DNA from: Lysobacterales bacterium
Lineage (GTDB): Bacteria; Pseudomonadota; Gammaproteobacteria; Xanthomonadales; SZUA-5
Reading direction: 5' to 3'
Assembly (NCBI GenBank): GCA_022844165.1
Contig: JALHMH010000010.1
Location: 1-64,000 of the forward strand
Length of the DNA: 64,000 nucleotides
Shown piece by piece: positions 20,968 to 32,138 of the stretch. The translations under genes and the position numbers were made by a program. The stretch's first letter is position 1. The number at the start of each line of letters is the position of its first letter. The notes beneath the pieces are model-generated. The model was not told the DNA's origin, searched no databases, and saw only the letters and a program-made list of their open reading frames with translations.

Positions 20968-22122
20968 TCAGCCGATTCGCGCCAGAAAGCGTTGCATGAC
21001 CGGCGCGAATCTTGGGATGTCGACCAAGAACGCGTCGTGTCCTTGAATCGACGGCAGCGGTTGGTAGTCGACATTTGTGCCGGCGGCACGCAAACAATCC
21101 GCAATTTCCTCCTGTTGCTCGACCGGGAACAGGATGTCGGTTGTCACGCCGATCACGAGCGCGTTGGCGATGCGCATCTGTCGGCAGGCAGCCTCGATCG
21201 TGCCGCCGTATTCGGACAGGTCGAACCAGTCCATTGCACGCGATAAGTACAAGTAGCAGTTGGGATCGAAGCCCCCGGCCCAGCGTCTGGCGTGTGCATC
21301 CAGGTACGTCTCGATCGCAAACTCGCTGGCAAACGGGTCCGATGAGGGCGGAACATCGACGGCGGCTTTTTCGCGCCCGAATCGCTCCCGCCACTCCTGA
21401 GGCGATCGATAGGTGGCGACGCCAAGTTTGCGAGCAAGCCCCATCCCGGAGGCCACATCCATCGCGCTGGCGTAGTTGCCATTGTCCCAACCAGGATCGG
21501 CGCGAACGATCTGGCGCTGTAACGATCGCAGGGCGATTGCGAATGGCGAGGAGCGAGCCGCGCAGGACATCAGAGCAATATTCGGAACCAACGCCGGATG
21601 GCGAAGCGCCATCGCCAGCGCTGTCATACCGCCCATGCTGGGACCGATCACGAGTTTCAGGCGTGTAATACCCAGACCTGCGGCAACCGAAGCCGTAGCA
21701 TCGGCGATGTCTTCGATACTGAGCGCCGGGAATCGTAATCGATACGGTTCGCCATCGGCAGGATGCGCTGATGCCGCGCCAGTTGACCCTTTGCAACTGC
21801 CTAGCGAATTGACGCAAATCACAAAGTCGCGAGCGGTATCCAGCGCCTTACCGATGCCGATCATTGGCTCCCACCATCCGGGTGATGGATCGTGCGTATG
21901 CGAGGCCGCATGTGCGCTGGGCGACATGCCGGTCACAATGAGTATGGCGTTGTCCCGAGCGTCGTTGAGTTGCCCCCAGGATTCGAAGGCCATTGCGGCT
22001 TGATGCAACTCGCCGCCCCGCTTGAGGCCGAATGGCGATGGCAAGCGATGGAATTGCGTTGCGGGAGTTGCGGGAAGAGCGTTGGACAAGGCGCAGGATC
22101 GGCATATTGACCCCGCGATCAT
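20968..22122 (-). CDS. MetX-family O-acyltransferase, probably the serine O-succinyltransferase type
   Basis: TGMSPSAH, GWWEPMIG, nucleophile GPSMGG and GHDAFL motifs. Start uncertain (22089 or 22122). Confidence 0.85.
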   Translation of the reverse strand: MIAGSICRSCALSNALPATPATQFHRLPSPFGLKRGGELHQAAMAFESWGQLNDARDNAILIVTGMSPSAHAASHTHDPSPGWWEPMIGIGKALDTARDFVICVNSLGSCKGSTGAASAHPADGEPYRLRFPALSIEDIADATASVAAGLGITRLKLVIGPSMGGMTALAMALRHPALVPNIALMSCAARSSPFAIALRSLQRQIVRADPGWDNGNYASAMDVASGMGLARKLGVATYRSPQEWRERFGREKAAVDVPPSSDPFASEFAIETYLDAHARRWAGGFDPNCYLYLSRAMDWFDLSEYGGTIEAACRQMRIANALVIGVTTDILFPVEQQEEIADCLRAAGTNVDYQPLPSIQGHDAFLVDIPRFAPVMQRFLARIG

Positions 22123-22343
22123 AACCGGGCGGGAAGCGGTGGCTGACTCAATCGAGCGATTGATCGGGGCGGATTGACGAACACTGGCAAGCGTGCGCCG
22201 ATGTCGCGCGACGCTTTGTCCCGAGCCCTTCGACCGGCCTAAGCTCGGCGGTGAGGGACGTTGGCGGCTAAGGCTGGCATGAACCGGCACTGCAAATGCC
22301 CGCAGCCCGTTATGCTTGGCAGATCGCGTCACTGGTGTGTGCC

Positions 22344-23027
22344 ATGTCGATCCGCTTCGAACTCGTGAGTAAGCGCTATGAGGGCCGGGATGCGTTAGCC
22401 GACATCAGTTTCCTCGTGGATTCGGGGGAATTCGTGTTCGTGACCGGGCACTCCGGCGCAGGCAAGAGTACGCTTCTCAAACTGCTGGCACTGATTGAGC
22501 GACCCACGAGCGGCATCATCGAGGTGTTTGGCGAGCGTTTGAGCAAGATCTCCCGGCGGCAACTGGCGCGCTACCGGCGACAATTGGGACTGGTTTTTCA
22601 GGATCATCGTTTGCTCCTCGATCGAAACGCATTCGACAATGTTGCCTTGCCGCTGCGCCTCGACGGTTATCCTGAAACTGCGATCTTGAGGCGTGTGCCG
22701 GCTGCGCTTGCGCAAGTGGGGCTGGGTGGGCGTGAGTCGTCGATGCCCGCGCAGCTGTCCACCGGCGAACAGCAGCGACTGGGTATCGCACGGGCTGTGG
22801 TTTGCACGCCCAGACTGTTATTGGCAGACGAGCCCACCGGAAATCTCGATCCGCAACTGGCGGTTGAGATCATGGAGCTGTTCGTCTCACTGAAGACGCA
22901 AGGTACGACAGTCATCGTGGCTTCCCATGACCTGCCGCTGATTCAGAAAATCCGGCGGCGGACGATCGTGCTTGAGCACGGTCGTCAAATCGATGATTTC
23001 CGACCGGAGAATGCACATGGATCTTGA
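22344..23027 (+). CDS. ftsE: Cell division ATP-binding protein FtsE
   Basis: [22 protein letters not shown] and [11 protein letters not shown] motifs. Confidence 0.93.
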   Translation: MSIRFELVSKRYEGRDALADISFLVDSGEFVFVTGHSGAGKSTLLKLLALIERPTSGIIEVFGERLSKISRRQLARYRRQLGLVFQDHRLLLDRNAFDNVALPLRLDGYPETAILRRVPAALAQVGLGGRESSMPAQLSTGEQQRLGIARAVVCTPRLLLADEPTGNLDPQLAVEIMELFVSLKTQGTTVIVASHDLPLIQKIRRRTIVLEHGRQIDDFRPENAHGS

Positions 23028-23949
23028 GGGGGCGAGCGCGGCACGCGCATGGCGACGTTCGCATCTCGACGGCGTTCTGTTTGGACTTCAGCGACTGCTG
23101 CGCGATCCGTTCGGTCAGATGCTCACTTTAGGCGTGATCGCCGTTGCCCTATTGTTGCCGGCGCTCGGATTGTTGGCATTGGAGCGAATCAATGCCGCGG
23201 CGTCGGCGTGGCGGCCGAGCGGAGATCTGACGGTATTCCTCTCGGCCGGCGAACCTGTGGAACGCGCGTTGGAGTTGGCCGATTCGCTTGCGGGCCGGCA
23301 GGAGGTGGTTGCGACGGAAGTGCGCTCTCCAGACGATGCGCTAGCGGAACTGCGGCGCCTCTCAGATTTCGCCGAAGCATTGTCGGCGCTGGATGCGAAC
23401 CCGATGCCGGCATTGGTGATCGTGCGCTTGTCGCCAGTCGGCGCCAACCGAATCGACGCGCTGAAACAGGAACTGGCCGCTCTGCCGAGCGTTGATTGGG
23501 TCCAGGTCGACAAACGTTGGTTGGAACGCCTGGAGTCTTTGCTCGAAGCGGCACGTCGTGCCGTGCTGTTGGCGGCCGCAATTCTGGCGATCGCAGTACT
23601 GTTGGTCGTCGGCAACACTATTCGCCTCGAAATCTCCGAAAAGCGCGAAGAGATCGTCACTTTAAAGTTGCTGGGCGCCAGCGACAGTTTTGTGCGCCGG
23701 CCGTTCTTGTATATCGGATTGTGGTACGGCGTCGTCGGCGCTTCGTTGTCGCTGCTGCTTGTCTGGCTCAGCCTGAAGTGGCTGCAGCCGGCTCTGGCGG
23801 ATCTCGCGGCCAGTTTTGGCAACGAGGTGGCGCTCTCCGGCATCGGTGCGCAAGGAGCGGTTGCCCTGCTAGCCTATGGTGCGGCGCTCGGCTGGTCTGG
23901 TGCACTCGTTGCCAGCACTCGGCATCTGCGGCGAGCAGAGCCAACTTAG
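23017..23949 (+). CDS. ftsX: Cell division permease FtsX
   Basis: VGNTIRLEI..KREEI..KLLGASDSFVRRPFLY; four TM segments. Confidence 0.92.
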   Translation: MDLEGASAARAWRRSHLDGVLFGLQRLLRDPFGQMLTLGVIAVALLLPALGLLALERINAAASAWRPSGDLTVFLSAGEPVERALELADSLAGRQEVVATEVRSPDDALAELRRLSDFAEALSALDANPMPALVIVRLSPVGANRIDALKQELAALPSVDWVQVDKRWLERLESLLEAARRAVLLAAAILAIAVLLVVGNTIRLEISEKREEIVTLKLLGASDSFVRRPFLYIGLWYGVVGASLSLLLVWLSLKWLQPALADLAASFGNEVALSGIGAQGAVALLAYGAALGWSGALVASTRHLRRAEPT

Positions 23950-23977
23950 CGCAATCGATTCGGGGAGGATGGTCTGC

Positions 23978-24820
23978 ATGGAAACACCGATGACCCGACA
24001 CGTGACGACGGACTGTCCGCGCGTGATGGTGGTCGATCCGTCGAAAGTGGTGCGCAAGATCATCGATCAGCTGCTGCACAATGACGTTCCCGGTGTCACG
24101 GTTTTGTCTTGCGCCAGTGGCGAGGAAGCCAAGTCAATGGTCACCCAGGGCGTTGTCGACCTGGTGACAACATCGTTGCGTTTGCCGGACATGGACGGGC
24201 TCGAATTGGCGCGTTTCATTCGCGAGCATTCGCCGCAGGCATACATCCCGATCATCGTGGTGTCCGGTGATGTCAATGAGCGTCTCTTAAATCGCGACAT
24301 CACATCCGACGTCACCGATTATTTCGACAAGTCTCTGGGCCCGCAGGCCCTGAGCACTTTTGTACGCGGTTATGTGCGGCCCGAGACCCAGGTGCTCGGC
24401 GAGGTGTTGTACGTTGAAGACAGTCGTGTGGTCGCAGTCGCAACCCGACGCATGATGGAGAAGCATGGATTGAGGGTCACGCATGTGGTCAGCGTGGAAG
24501 AGGCTGTCGAGTTGCTCGAAGTCGCCAAACGAGAAGGCAGAATTCCCGGGCCAGATATCATCCTGACCGACGTTTATTTGAAGGGCGGCATGACCGGCGG
24601 CGACTTGTTGGACGTCGTGCGTGGTCAGTTTGGTTATCCCAAAGGCGAGTTGCCGATTTTGGTCATGACCGGCGATGACAATGCAGCAAACCAGACGGCC
24701 CTGCTTCGTGCGGGTGCAAACGATCTGGTTCAGAAGCCTACCGAAGAACGGATTCTCATCACCAAATTGGGGTTCCAGCTGCGTGTCGCCCAGGCCAGAC
24801 GTGCGGCTCGTGGTGCATGA
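23978..24820 (+). CDS. Double-receiver response regulator
   Basis: Two receiver-like domains (RVMVVD..., VLYVED...ILTD...QKP) and no output domain. Confidence 0.85.
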   Translation: METPMTRHVTTDCPRVMVVDPSKVVRKIIDQLLHNDVPGVTVLSCASGEEAKSMVTQGVVDLVTTSLRLPDMDGLELARFIREHSPQAYIPIIVVSGDVNERLLNRDITSDVTDYFDKSLGPQALSTFVRGYVRPETQVLGEVLYVEDSRVVAVATRRMMEKHGLRVTHVVSVEEAVELLEVAKREGRIPGPDIILTDVYLKGGMTGGDLLDVVRGQFGYPKGELPILVMTGDDNAANQTALLRAGANDLVQKPTEERILITKLGFQLRVAQARRAARGA

Positions 24821-25503
24821 GCACCGATCGAGTTCGGCTCGACGACAGCTGGAAGCAGCGATTGTTGGGCGACCTGAAATCCGATGCCATGCAGCGTTTG
24901 CGCGACTTCTTGCGTGCCGAGAAGGCTGCGGGCAAGGCGATCTATCCGCCCGGGAAGAACATCTTTGCCGCGTTCGATGCCACGCCCTTCGAGCAAGTGC
25001 GTGCGGTGATTCTGGGTCAGGATCCCTATCATGGTCCCGGGCAGGCGCACGGCCTTTGCTTTTCTGTCCCTGAGGGAGTCGACATACCGCCGTCGTTAGC
25101 CAACATCTTTGCGGAGATTGAGCGCGACCTGCGCGTCCCGCGTCCGGCGCATGGTTGCCTTAGTGCATGGGCAGAGCGCGGTGTGCTGCTGCTGAACTCA
25201 GTGCTGACGGTTGAGCGAGGTCGTGCCGGATCGCATCAGGGCAAGGGTTGGGAAGCACTCACCGACCGCGTGATTTCGCTGCTTTGCGCAGAGCGCGACG
25301 GGCTGGTGTTTTTTCTCTGGGGCGCTTATGCCCAGGCAAAAGGGAAACTGGTAGATCCGCGCCGGCATCTGGTATTGCGGGCGCCACATCCGTCCCCGCT
25401 GTCCGCGCACCGGGGTTTCATCGGCTGCGGCCACTTTTCGCGCTGCAACGACTATCTGCAGCGCCGTGGAACTGCGCCGATCAACTGGTCGTTGGTTGAT
25501 TGA
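24817..25503 (+). CDS. ung: Uracil-DNA glycosylase
   Basis: GQDPYH, VLLLN and HPSPLS motifs. Confidence 0.97.
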   Translation: MSTDRVRLDDSWKQRLLGDLKSDAMQRLRDFLRAEKAAGKAIYPPGKNIFAAFDATPFEQVRAVILGQDPYHGPGQAHGLCFSVPEGVDIPPSLANIFAEIERDLRVPRPAHGCLSAWAERGVLLLNSVLTVERGRAGSHQGKGWEALTDRVISLLCAERDGLVFFLWGAYAQAKGKLVDPRRHLVLRAPHPSPLSAHRGFIGCGHFSRCNDYLQRRGTAPINWSLVD

Positions 25504-25505
25504 CG

Positions 25506-25808
25506 TCAGGCCGATTCGTTGCGCCTAAGCGCTGCAATCAGTGCCAGTGTCCGCGCTTGCACCGCCTCAGAGGGGCCGGAGCGATCATCGATCATGTGCA
25601 CCAAATCACGCGCAATGTCGCCCAGTTGATCAAATCCATACATGCCCGCCGATCCCGCCAGCTTGTGGCCCAGGCTGCGGATCATGGACCAGTCGGGTTG
25701 GGTGGACGTCAAGGCATCTGCCAGCGCCTGCTCGAACTCGCCGGCTTTGCCCGGCAAGCTCGCCAAATATCGCAGACGCAAAACCTCTGGTACGTGACTG
25801 ACGCTCAT
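25506..25808 (-). CDS. Stand-alone Hpt domain protein
   Basis: HKLAGSAGMYGF Hpt motif; 100 aa. Confidence 0.85.
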   Translation of the reverse strand: MSVSHVPEVLRLRYLASLPGKAGEFEQALADALTSTQPDWSMIRSLGHKLAGSAGMYGFDQLGDIARDLVHMIDDRSGPSEAVQARTLALIAALRRNESA

Positions 25809-26497
25809 CAGCTACCAGAATGTTCCATGCGATAGCCATGTTGATACACAGAGATGAGTCGCCAGCCATTCGACTCATCAATTTCGAGCTTTTTGCGGAT
25901 GCGGCTGATGTGGGCATCCACGGTACGGGTTGTAATGGTTTGCGCACGCCCCCAGACACGTTCGAGAAGCACACCACGTTTCACCAGACGACCAGCATTG
26001 GCGAACATATAGGCCGCCAGATCGAACTCTTTGCTGGTGAGTTCCACAGGCTGACCCTTCAGCGCAATCACTCGTCTGCCGACATCAACAACGTACGGTT
26101 CAGTACCTTGGAGAATTTCGGACGGTTGAATCGCACCCGCCCGGCGCCCCACGGCCTGAACGCGAGCAATCAATTCACGGCGGCGTGGCGGCTTCACCAA
26201 ATAGTCATCTGCGCCAGCCTGAAGCGCAGAAACGATGTTTTCTTCAGAATCCTGGGCGGTAATGAAGACGACCGGGATGCGTCCTAGAAAACTTTGCCTT
26301 ACCCAGGTCAGCACATCCATTCCGCTTGACTCGGGGAGTAACCAGTCGAGCAACAATACGTCCGGAACGTCGCGATGCAGCGCTCTCGTCAAATCGCCGC
26401 CAGAGCGATACCAGTGCACATCATGGCCCTCTTCGGTTAACCACAGGCTAAGCATCTCGGCCTGATCCGGATCGTCCTCGAGAATATCGATGCGCAT
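25808..26497 (-). CDS. OmpR-family response regulator
   Basis: MRIDILEDD, LLLDW, GADDYLVKP and TRTVDAHISRIRKKL..GYR motifs. Confidence 0.92.
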   Translation of the reverse strand: MRIDILEDDPDQAEMLSLWLTEEGHDVHWYRSGGDLTRALHRDVPDVLLLDWLLPESSGMDVLTWVRQSFLGRIPVVFITAQDSEENIVSALQAGADDYLVKPPRRRELIARVQAVGRRAGAIQPSEILQGTEPYVVDVGRRVIALKGQPVELTSKEFDLAAYMFANAGRLVKRGVLLERVWGRAQTITTRTVDAHISRIRKKLEIDESNGWRLISVYQHGYRMEHSGS

Positions 26498-26540
26498 GCG
26501 CTCTCCATTGAGTATTTGCCCTAAAGCCGAGTCTAGACGA

Positions 26541-27944
26541 TTACACCCGTCCGTAGCGATCTTCAAAGCGAACAATGTCATCTTCGCCAAAATAATCGCC
26601 GCATTGAACTTCGATCAGGCACAGATCTTCCGCCTTACGATTTTCCAAGCGATGCAGCGTATTGACCGGGATGTAAACCGATTGATTGCGCTGCAGAATA
26701 AACTCTTCATCGCCAACCCGAACATGAGCTGTGCCCATCACTACCGTCCAGTGCTCCGAACGCCGGAAGTGCTTTTGCAGTGAAAGTACCTGTCCTGGTT
26801 TCACGACCAGGCGTTTGACTTTGCAATCCGCAGCGTCTTCCAACACGGTGTAACTGCCCCAGGGGCGAATCACTGTTGCGTGCACATTGGCCGCGCTGTG
26901 CTGCCGCGATTTGAGTTCATCAACAACTTTTTTCACTGCCTGAGACTTTTCGCGGGAACTGACGAGCACAGCGTCCCCAGTGTCGACGATCACCAGGTCG
27001 TTCACACCCACGGCAGCGACCAACCGACCACGCGATTGCACGAAACAATTGTGCGAGTCGATCAGCACGGCGGGGCCTTCAATTTGATTTCCCGCAGAAT
27101 CGCCAGAGTCCAGTTCGCTGATTGCTTTCCAGGACCCGATGTCGTTCCAATCGAAACTGACCGGTATGACTGCGACGCGCTGGCTTTTTTCCATCACGGC
27201 ATAGTCAATGGAAATATCTGGCAGGGCGCCGAATGTATCTCTCGCGAGTTCCAACGGCGCTCCGCCCGGCGGTAAAGCGGCGCGCGCAAGTGCGATCAGC
27301 GCCGGGCAGGATTGTTCCATTTCGGCGAGCAGATCGCCTGCGGCGAAACAGAACATGCCCGAGTTCCAAGCGTATTCGCCGCTCGCTACGTAACGCTCAG
27401 CCGTGACGGCATCGGGCTTTTCGACAAACGCAACTGCGCGCCGGGCACCGGCGACGATTGACGCGCCCGCGCGAATGTAGCCAAAGCCAGTTTCGACACG
27501 CGTGGGAACAATCCCGAACGTCACAAGGTAGCCATCGTCGGCCAGCGCGCTGGCTGATGCAACGGCCATTTTGAATGCGGCGATATCGCGAATCAAATGA
27601 TCGGCCGGCAACACCAGCAGTTTCGTGCGATCGCCGTGGCGTCGCGCAATGTCGAGTGCCGCCATGGCCAATGCCGGCGCGGTATTGCGTCCAACGGGCT
27701 CCAGGATAAACGTCGCCTTTCGATCGTCGATGACACCGCGATATTCATCACGCGTCAGAAAGTAGTGGTCACGCGAAGTGACGGTCAACACCTCGTCGCT
27801 CGCGACCGCGAGCCCGCGCAACAGAGTCTTCTTTAGCAGCGATTGTCCATCCGCCATATGCATGAACGGTTTCGGATGGGCTTGGCGCGACACTGGCCAA
27901 AGCCGGGTACCTGCGCCGCCGGAGAGAATGACGGGGATGAGCAT
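26541..27944 (-). CDS. manC: Mannose-1-phosphate guanylyltransferase / mannose-6-phosphate isomerase
   Basis: PVILSGGAGTRLWP, EPVGRNTAPA, FVEKP and SIDYAVMEK motifs, with a C-terminal cupin (RPWG). Confidence 0.95.
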   Translation of the reverse strand: MLIPVILSGGAGTRLWPVSRQAHPKPFMHMADGQSLLKKTLLRGLAVASDEVLTVTSRDHYFLTRDEYRGVIDDRKATFILEPVGRNTAPALAMAALDIARRHGDRTKLLVLPADHLIRDIAAFKMAVASASALADDGYLVTFGIVPTRVETGFGYIRAGASIVAGARRAVAFVEKPDAVTAERYVASGEYAWNSGMFCFAAGDLLAEMEQSCPALIALARAALPPGGAPLELARDTFGALPDISIDYAVMEKSQRVAVIPVSFDWNDIGSWKAISELDSGDSAGNQIEGPAVLIDSHNCFVQSRGRLVAAVGVNDLVIVDTGDAVLVSSREKSQAVKKVVDELKSRQHSAANVHATVIRPWGSYTVLEDAADCKVKRLVVKPGQVLSLQKHFRRSEHWTVVMGTAHVRVGDEEFILQRNQSVYIPVNTLHRLENRKAEDLCLIEVQCGDYFGEDDIVRFEDRYGRV

Positions 27945-28108
27945 GGGCGGTCGCAATATCCTGGCGGTTGATGAGCGGGTATTTGGCCTGCGTTTGGTCG
28001 TGTCGGGCGCCGGCGTCGAAAAGTGGCGTTCGCAGTTTTGGCAGGCTTGCCAGCCCAACGCGCCCAACTCGCTCCGAACATCGGGGAGGGAGTCGCACCG
28101 AAGGCCGG

Positions 28109-30718
28109 CTAGGTGCCGGGACTGACCTCGCTGCGCTTGACGCTGAGTTCGCCTGCTTCAGCTGCAGCCGCCGCCGCCCAATCCTGACTTGACGCAGCGT
28201 CTGGCGTTGCGGTTTCGTCGTCTTTGTCCGGCCCGTCCTCGTCCCCGTCGTTGTCGCTGTCGTTTGACTCGGGCGGGCTCGGTGTTCCATCTGCGCGCGG
28301 TGTTTCGTCACGCCGCCCACGCCGCCGACGACCGCCTCTGCGGCGACGTTTGCGTGGTGCATCGCCCGTTGGCGACGATGCTGCAGGTTCGCCGGTATTG
28401 ATCGCGGCTGTTTCGATCGAATCTGCCGTCACAAGCGCATCGATCACGGCTGTCGTTGAGGCTTCGTCGACAGCTTTCTGTTGCTCGACAGGTGGCGACG
28501 AAACACCTACGGCCAGTTCGCCCTGCTCTGGCGTAGTGGAGGGTGGATTTGCGACATTCGCTGCTGCGATTCGCGCTTCGCGCTGCGCCTGGCGCTGGCG
28601 GTCGCGCTCGGTGCGATCGGGGCGCGGTTCGCGTGGTGGTTGTTGGCGCGGTTCGCCAGCAGACTGCGGTCGCGGCTCGGTGGTTTGCCGCCCTGGTTCT
28701 CCACGTCGACTTGCATCTCGCTGATGAGCCTGCTTCGGCTGAGCCTCGCGCTGCGATATGCCGTCGCCTGACTCACGTGGCTGCCCCTCGCGGGGCTCCT
28801 TGGGCGGTTGAGCTTCGCGCGGCTTCTGACCCGGTTTGTGGTCAGGCTTGCGCTGATCGCGGTGACGCTCGTTGCGATCCCGACGGTCGCCCGGCCGAGA
28901 CCTGTCGGACCTACCGTTGCGTTCCTGCGACTTGCTCCCCAACGGTGCGCGAGGTGCGCCTGCCTGCGACTCGGTTGTGGCCGGAGCGACAGTTGTTGTT
29001 GTCGCCGGTCGGCGCGCACGTATCCAGGTCATAAATCGCGCGACCAGCGAAGTATGCTGCGGCGGTGCCACGATCTCCATCGGCGGCGCTGCGACTTCTG
29101 CGCGTTCGGGCGCTGGTGCTTGAGGGCGAATGCCGGCAACAGCCGGCTGCTCGGGAATATCTTCGGTGCCGCCGCCCGCCAGAGCCCTTTCAACATCAAC
29201 GGATACAGGTTTTTGCACGCGTGTGTAGCTCGGCTTCTGATTCTCGTCGACTTCGCTGGCACGAACGCGCTGAATCTCGAACTGTGGCGTATCGATGTAC
29301 GGATTGGCGATGACCACCACTGGCGTTTCGTGTCGTTGCTCGATGCCCGCGATCGCCGCGCGCTTTTCGTTGAGCAGAAAATTTGCGACTTCTGTTGGAA
29401 CCTGGACAACAACCTGCCCGGTATTGTCCTTCATCGCCTGCTCTTCGATCAGGCGCAGGATCGACAGAGACAAAGATTCGACACCACGGATTCGCCCCTG
29501 TCCGTGGCATCTTGGGCACACGTGTGCACTCGATTCGCCGAGCGATGGGCGCAAGCGTTGACGCGAAAGTTCCAGCAGCCCAAAGCGAGAAATCCGACCG
29601 ATTTGCACGCGCGCGCGATCGAGTTTCATTGCGTCGCGAATGCGATCTTCAACCTCGCGCTGATGGCGCGGGCTGTCCATATCGATGAAGTCGATAACGA
29701 TCAAGCCGCCGACGTCGCGGATGCGCAGTTGTCTGGCGATTTCTTCGGCAGCTTCAAGATTTGTGTTGAACGCGGTTTCTTCAATATCGCCACCTTTGGT
29801 GGCACGCGCCGAGTTGATGTCGATTGCCGTCAGAGCCTCACCCGGATCGATCACCAACGAACCACCGCTGGGCAGCCTGACGCTGCGCGAGAATGCGCTT
29901 TCAATCTGGCTTTCGATTTGGAAGCGTGTAAACAGCGGCGTGGCATCTTTGTACAGTTTCAGCTTGCGCAGATTCGGCGGCATCACCTGCTGCATGAACT
30001 CGCGCGCTTCGTTGTAGACGCTTTCCGAATCGACCAGAATTTCGCCGACATCATTACGCAGATAGTCGCGCAAAGCCCGAATGATCAGCTTGCTTTCCTG
30101 ATACACCAGAAACGGCGCCGAGCGAGCGCTGGCAGCCTGGTCGATGGCAGACCACAACTGAGTCAGATAATTCAAGTCCCATTGCAGTTCTTCGGCGTCG
30201 CGGCCCATGCCCGCCGTGCGTACGATCAAACTCATGCCATCGGGGACGGTGAGCAGGTCCATCGCCTCTTTAAGCGCCTGACGGTCTTCACCCTCAATTC
30301 GCCGCGAAACGCCGCCGGCGTTGGGGCTATTGGGCATCAGCACCAGATAGCGCCCTGCGAGCGATATGAAGGTCGTCAGAGCCGCGCCTTTGTTACCGCG
30401 CTCCTCTTTGTCGACCTGGACCAGCAGTTCCTGCCCATCGCGCAAAACTTCGCGGATGTTGTTCTTAAGACTGGTACCTTCGGCAAAATACTGCCTGGAG
30501 ATTTCTTTGAGCGGCAAGAACCCGTGGCGTTCGCCGCCGTATTCGACAAAACACGCTTCGAGACTGGGCTCGATTCGCGTGATTCTCGCCTTGTAAATGT
30601 TGGATTTCTTTTGTTCCCGAGACGGAATTTCAATGTCGAGATCGTAAAGGGCCTGGCCATCGACGATGGCGACGCGCAGCTCTTCCGGCTGCGTCGCGTT
30701 GATCAGCATTCGCTTCAT
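28109..30718 (-). CDS. rne: Ribonuclease E
   Basis: [17 protein letters not shown]1 domain, DINSAR, DFIDM and the CPRC Zn-link; disordered C-terminal region. Confidence 0.97.
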   Translation of the reverse strand: MKRMLINATQPEELRVAIVDGQALYDLDIEIPSREQKKSNIYKARITRIEPSLEACFVEYGGERHGFLPLKEISRQYFAEGTSLKNNIREVLRDGQELLVQVDKEERGNKGAALTTFISLAGRYLVLMPNSPNAGGVSRRIEGEDRQALKEAMDLLTVPDGMSLIVRTAGMGRDAEELQWDLNYLTQLWSAIDQAASARSAPFLVYQESKLIIRALRDYLRNDVGEILVDSESVYNEAREFMQQVMPPNLRKLKLYKDATPLFTRFQIESQIESAFSRSVRLPSGGSLVIDPGEALTAIDINSARATKGGDIEETAFNTNLEAAEEIARQLRIRDVGGLIVIDFIDMDSPRHQREVEDRIRDAMKLDRARVQIGRISRFGLLELSRQRLRPSLGESSAHVCPRCHGQGRIRGVESLSLSILRLIEEQAMKDNTGQVVVQVPTEVANFLLNEKRAAIAGIEQRHETPVVVIANPYIDTPQFEIQRVRASEVDENQKPSYTRVQKPVSVDVERALAGGGTEDIPEQPAVAGIRPQAPAPERAEVAAPPMEIVAPPQHTSLVARFMTWIRARRPATTTTVAPATTESQAGAPRAPLGSKSQERNGRSDRSRPGDRRDRNERHRDQRKPDHKPGQKPREAQPPKEPREGQPRESGDGISQREAQPKQAHQRDASRRGEPGRQTTEPRPQSAGEPRQQPPREPRPDRTERDRQRQAQREARIAAANVANPPSTTPEQGELAVGVSSPPVEQQKAVDEASTTAVIDALVTADSIETAAINTGEPAASSPTGDAPRKRRRRGGRRRRGRRDETPRADGTPSPPESNDSDNDGDEDGPDKDDETATPDAASSQDWAAAAAAEAGELSVKRSEVSPGT

Positions 30719-30986
30719 TGTGTGGTCTACTCGGGTGGTGCCCAGAATCGGCCCCGGCCAGCGATGGCGGTATTCGCCGCTCAATCGCTCGGTCGTAAAC
30801 CCGTACTCAGGCTCGACCGTTGCAGAGCCCGCGTCACGGGCGCCACCAAAAAATTCGTTTCAAAATCGAGCTTGCGCTCGTGTTATTCAAAGATCGCACG
30901 CGATCCGGTGGCGCGCGCCAAAGCGCCGCGCGACTTTGCGATGATAGCAGCCGATGAGATGAATTCATAATTGAACAGGGACAGGC

Positions 30987-32138
30987 ATGCGCAAACGCAG
31001 TAGATCGCCCAAAAAAGCCCCCGGCGATCGGCACACGCGGCCAGTTCAGGCGCAACTCGGGAATCGGGCGCGAACCCCGCGAGCGCGGCATGCAGCTGGA
31101 GTTGCAAAGGGCGGGCTCGCGACGACGCTGCGGCCGTCCACGGCCGCTTCCGGCAAACATGCGGTGCCCGGCGCACTTACGAGCACGTCAGAATCCGCGA
31201 CTCAGGCCACGCTGCCGACCGCCGTCCGAGTCGTGAGCGTCGATCCGGAACGGTCTGGGCAGCGATTGGACAATTTTCTTCTCGCTCAGCTCAAAGGTGT
31301 GCCTAAGAGCCTGATCTATCGTGTGTTGCGGACCGGGCAAGTGCGCGTCAACGGTGGTCGCGCAAAGCCGGAGCTGCGACTGCTTGGCGGCGACCAGGTA
31401 CGGATACCGCCCGTACGGTTACCAGAAAAGCACACGGCAGCCGTGCCGTCCGCGAATCTGGCTGAGCTTCTGGCTACCCGCGTGATCGCCGATGAGCGCG
31501 AATTTCTGGTGCTGAACAAACCGAGCGGGCTGGCCAGCCACGGTGGCAGCGGCGTCTCATTGGGCGCAATCGAAGCGCTGCGCAGCTTGCGACCCGGGGA
31601 CTCGCTCGAATTGGCACATCGCCTGGATCGCGATACCAGTGGTTTGTTGGTGTTCACGAAAAAACACAGCGCGCTACGCAAGCTGCAGGCTTTGATTCGA
31701 GACGGTCAGGTTGGCAAGCGATACCTTGCGCTGATCAAAGGCGCTCCGCCGAGTTCATTTGAGGTCGATGCACCGTTACTGAAAAATCAGTTGCAAGGCG
31801 GGGAGCGTATGGTGGAGGTCGATGCGGACGGCAAGGCATCGTTGTCGCGCTTCCGTGTGCTCGAACGATTCGCCGACGCGTGTCTGGTGGAAGTCGAGAT
31901 TGTCACCGGGCGCACGCATCAGATTCGCGTGCACGCGCTGCATGCTGGATACCCGCTCGCCGGCGACGACAAGTACGGCGATGCTGAGTTCAATCGGGCG
32001 CTGAAAGGCAAAGGTCTGCGTCGCTTGTTCTTGCACGCACACCAGTTGCGCTTTCCATGGGGCGACGACGAGAGACTCTACAGTGCGCCATTGGACGACG
32101 ACTTGCGCAGCGTGCTGAGGGTCTTGACCGATGCTTGA
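30987..32138 (+). CDS. rluC: 23S rRNA pseudouridine synthase RluC
   Basis: S4 domain (GQRLDNFL), HRLDRDTSG and GRTHQIRVH; divergent from rne. The true start is probably downstream (e.g. GTG 31164). Confidence 0.92.
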   Translation: MRKRSRSPKKAPGDRHTRPVQAQLGNRARTPRARHAAGVAKGGLATTLRPSTAASGKHAVPGALTSTSESATQATLPTAVRVVSVDPERSGQRLDNFLLAQLKGVPKSLIYRVLRTGQVRVNGGRAKPELRLLGGDQVRIPPVRLPEKHTAAVPSANLAELLATRVIADEREFLVLNKPSGLASHGGSGVSLGAIEALRSLRPGDSLELAHRLDRDTSGLLVFTKKHSALRKLQALIRDGQVGKRYLALIKGAPPSSFEVDAPLLKNQLQGGERMVEVDADGKASLSRFRVLERFADACLVEVEIVTGRTHQIRVHALHAGYPLAGDDKYGDAEFNRALKGKGLRRLFLHAHQLRFPWGDDERLYSAPLDDDLRSVLRVLTDA

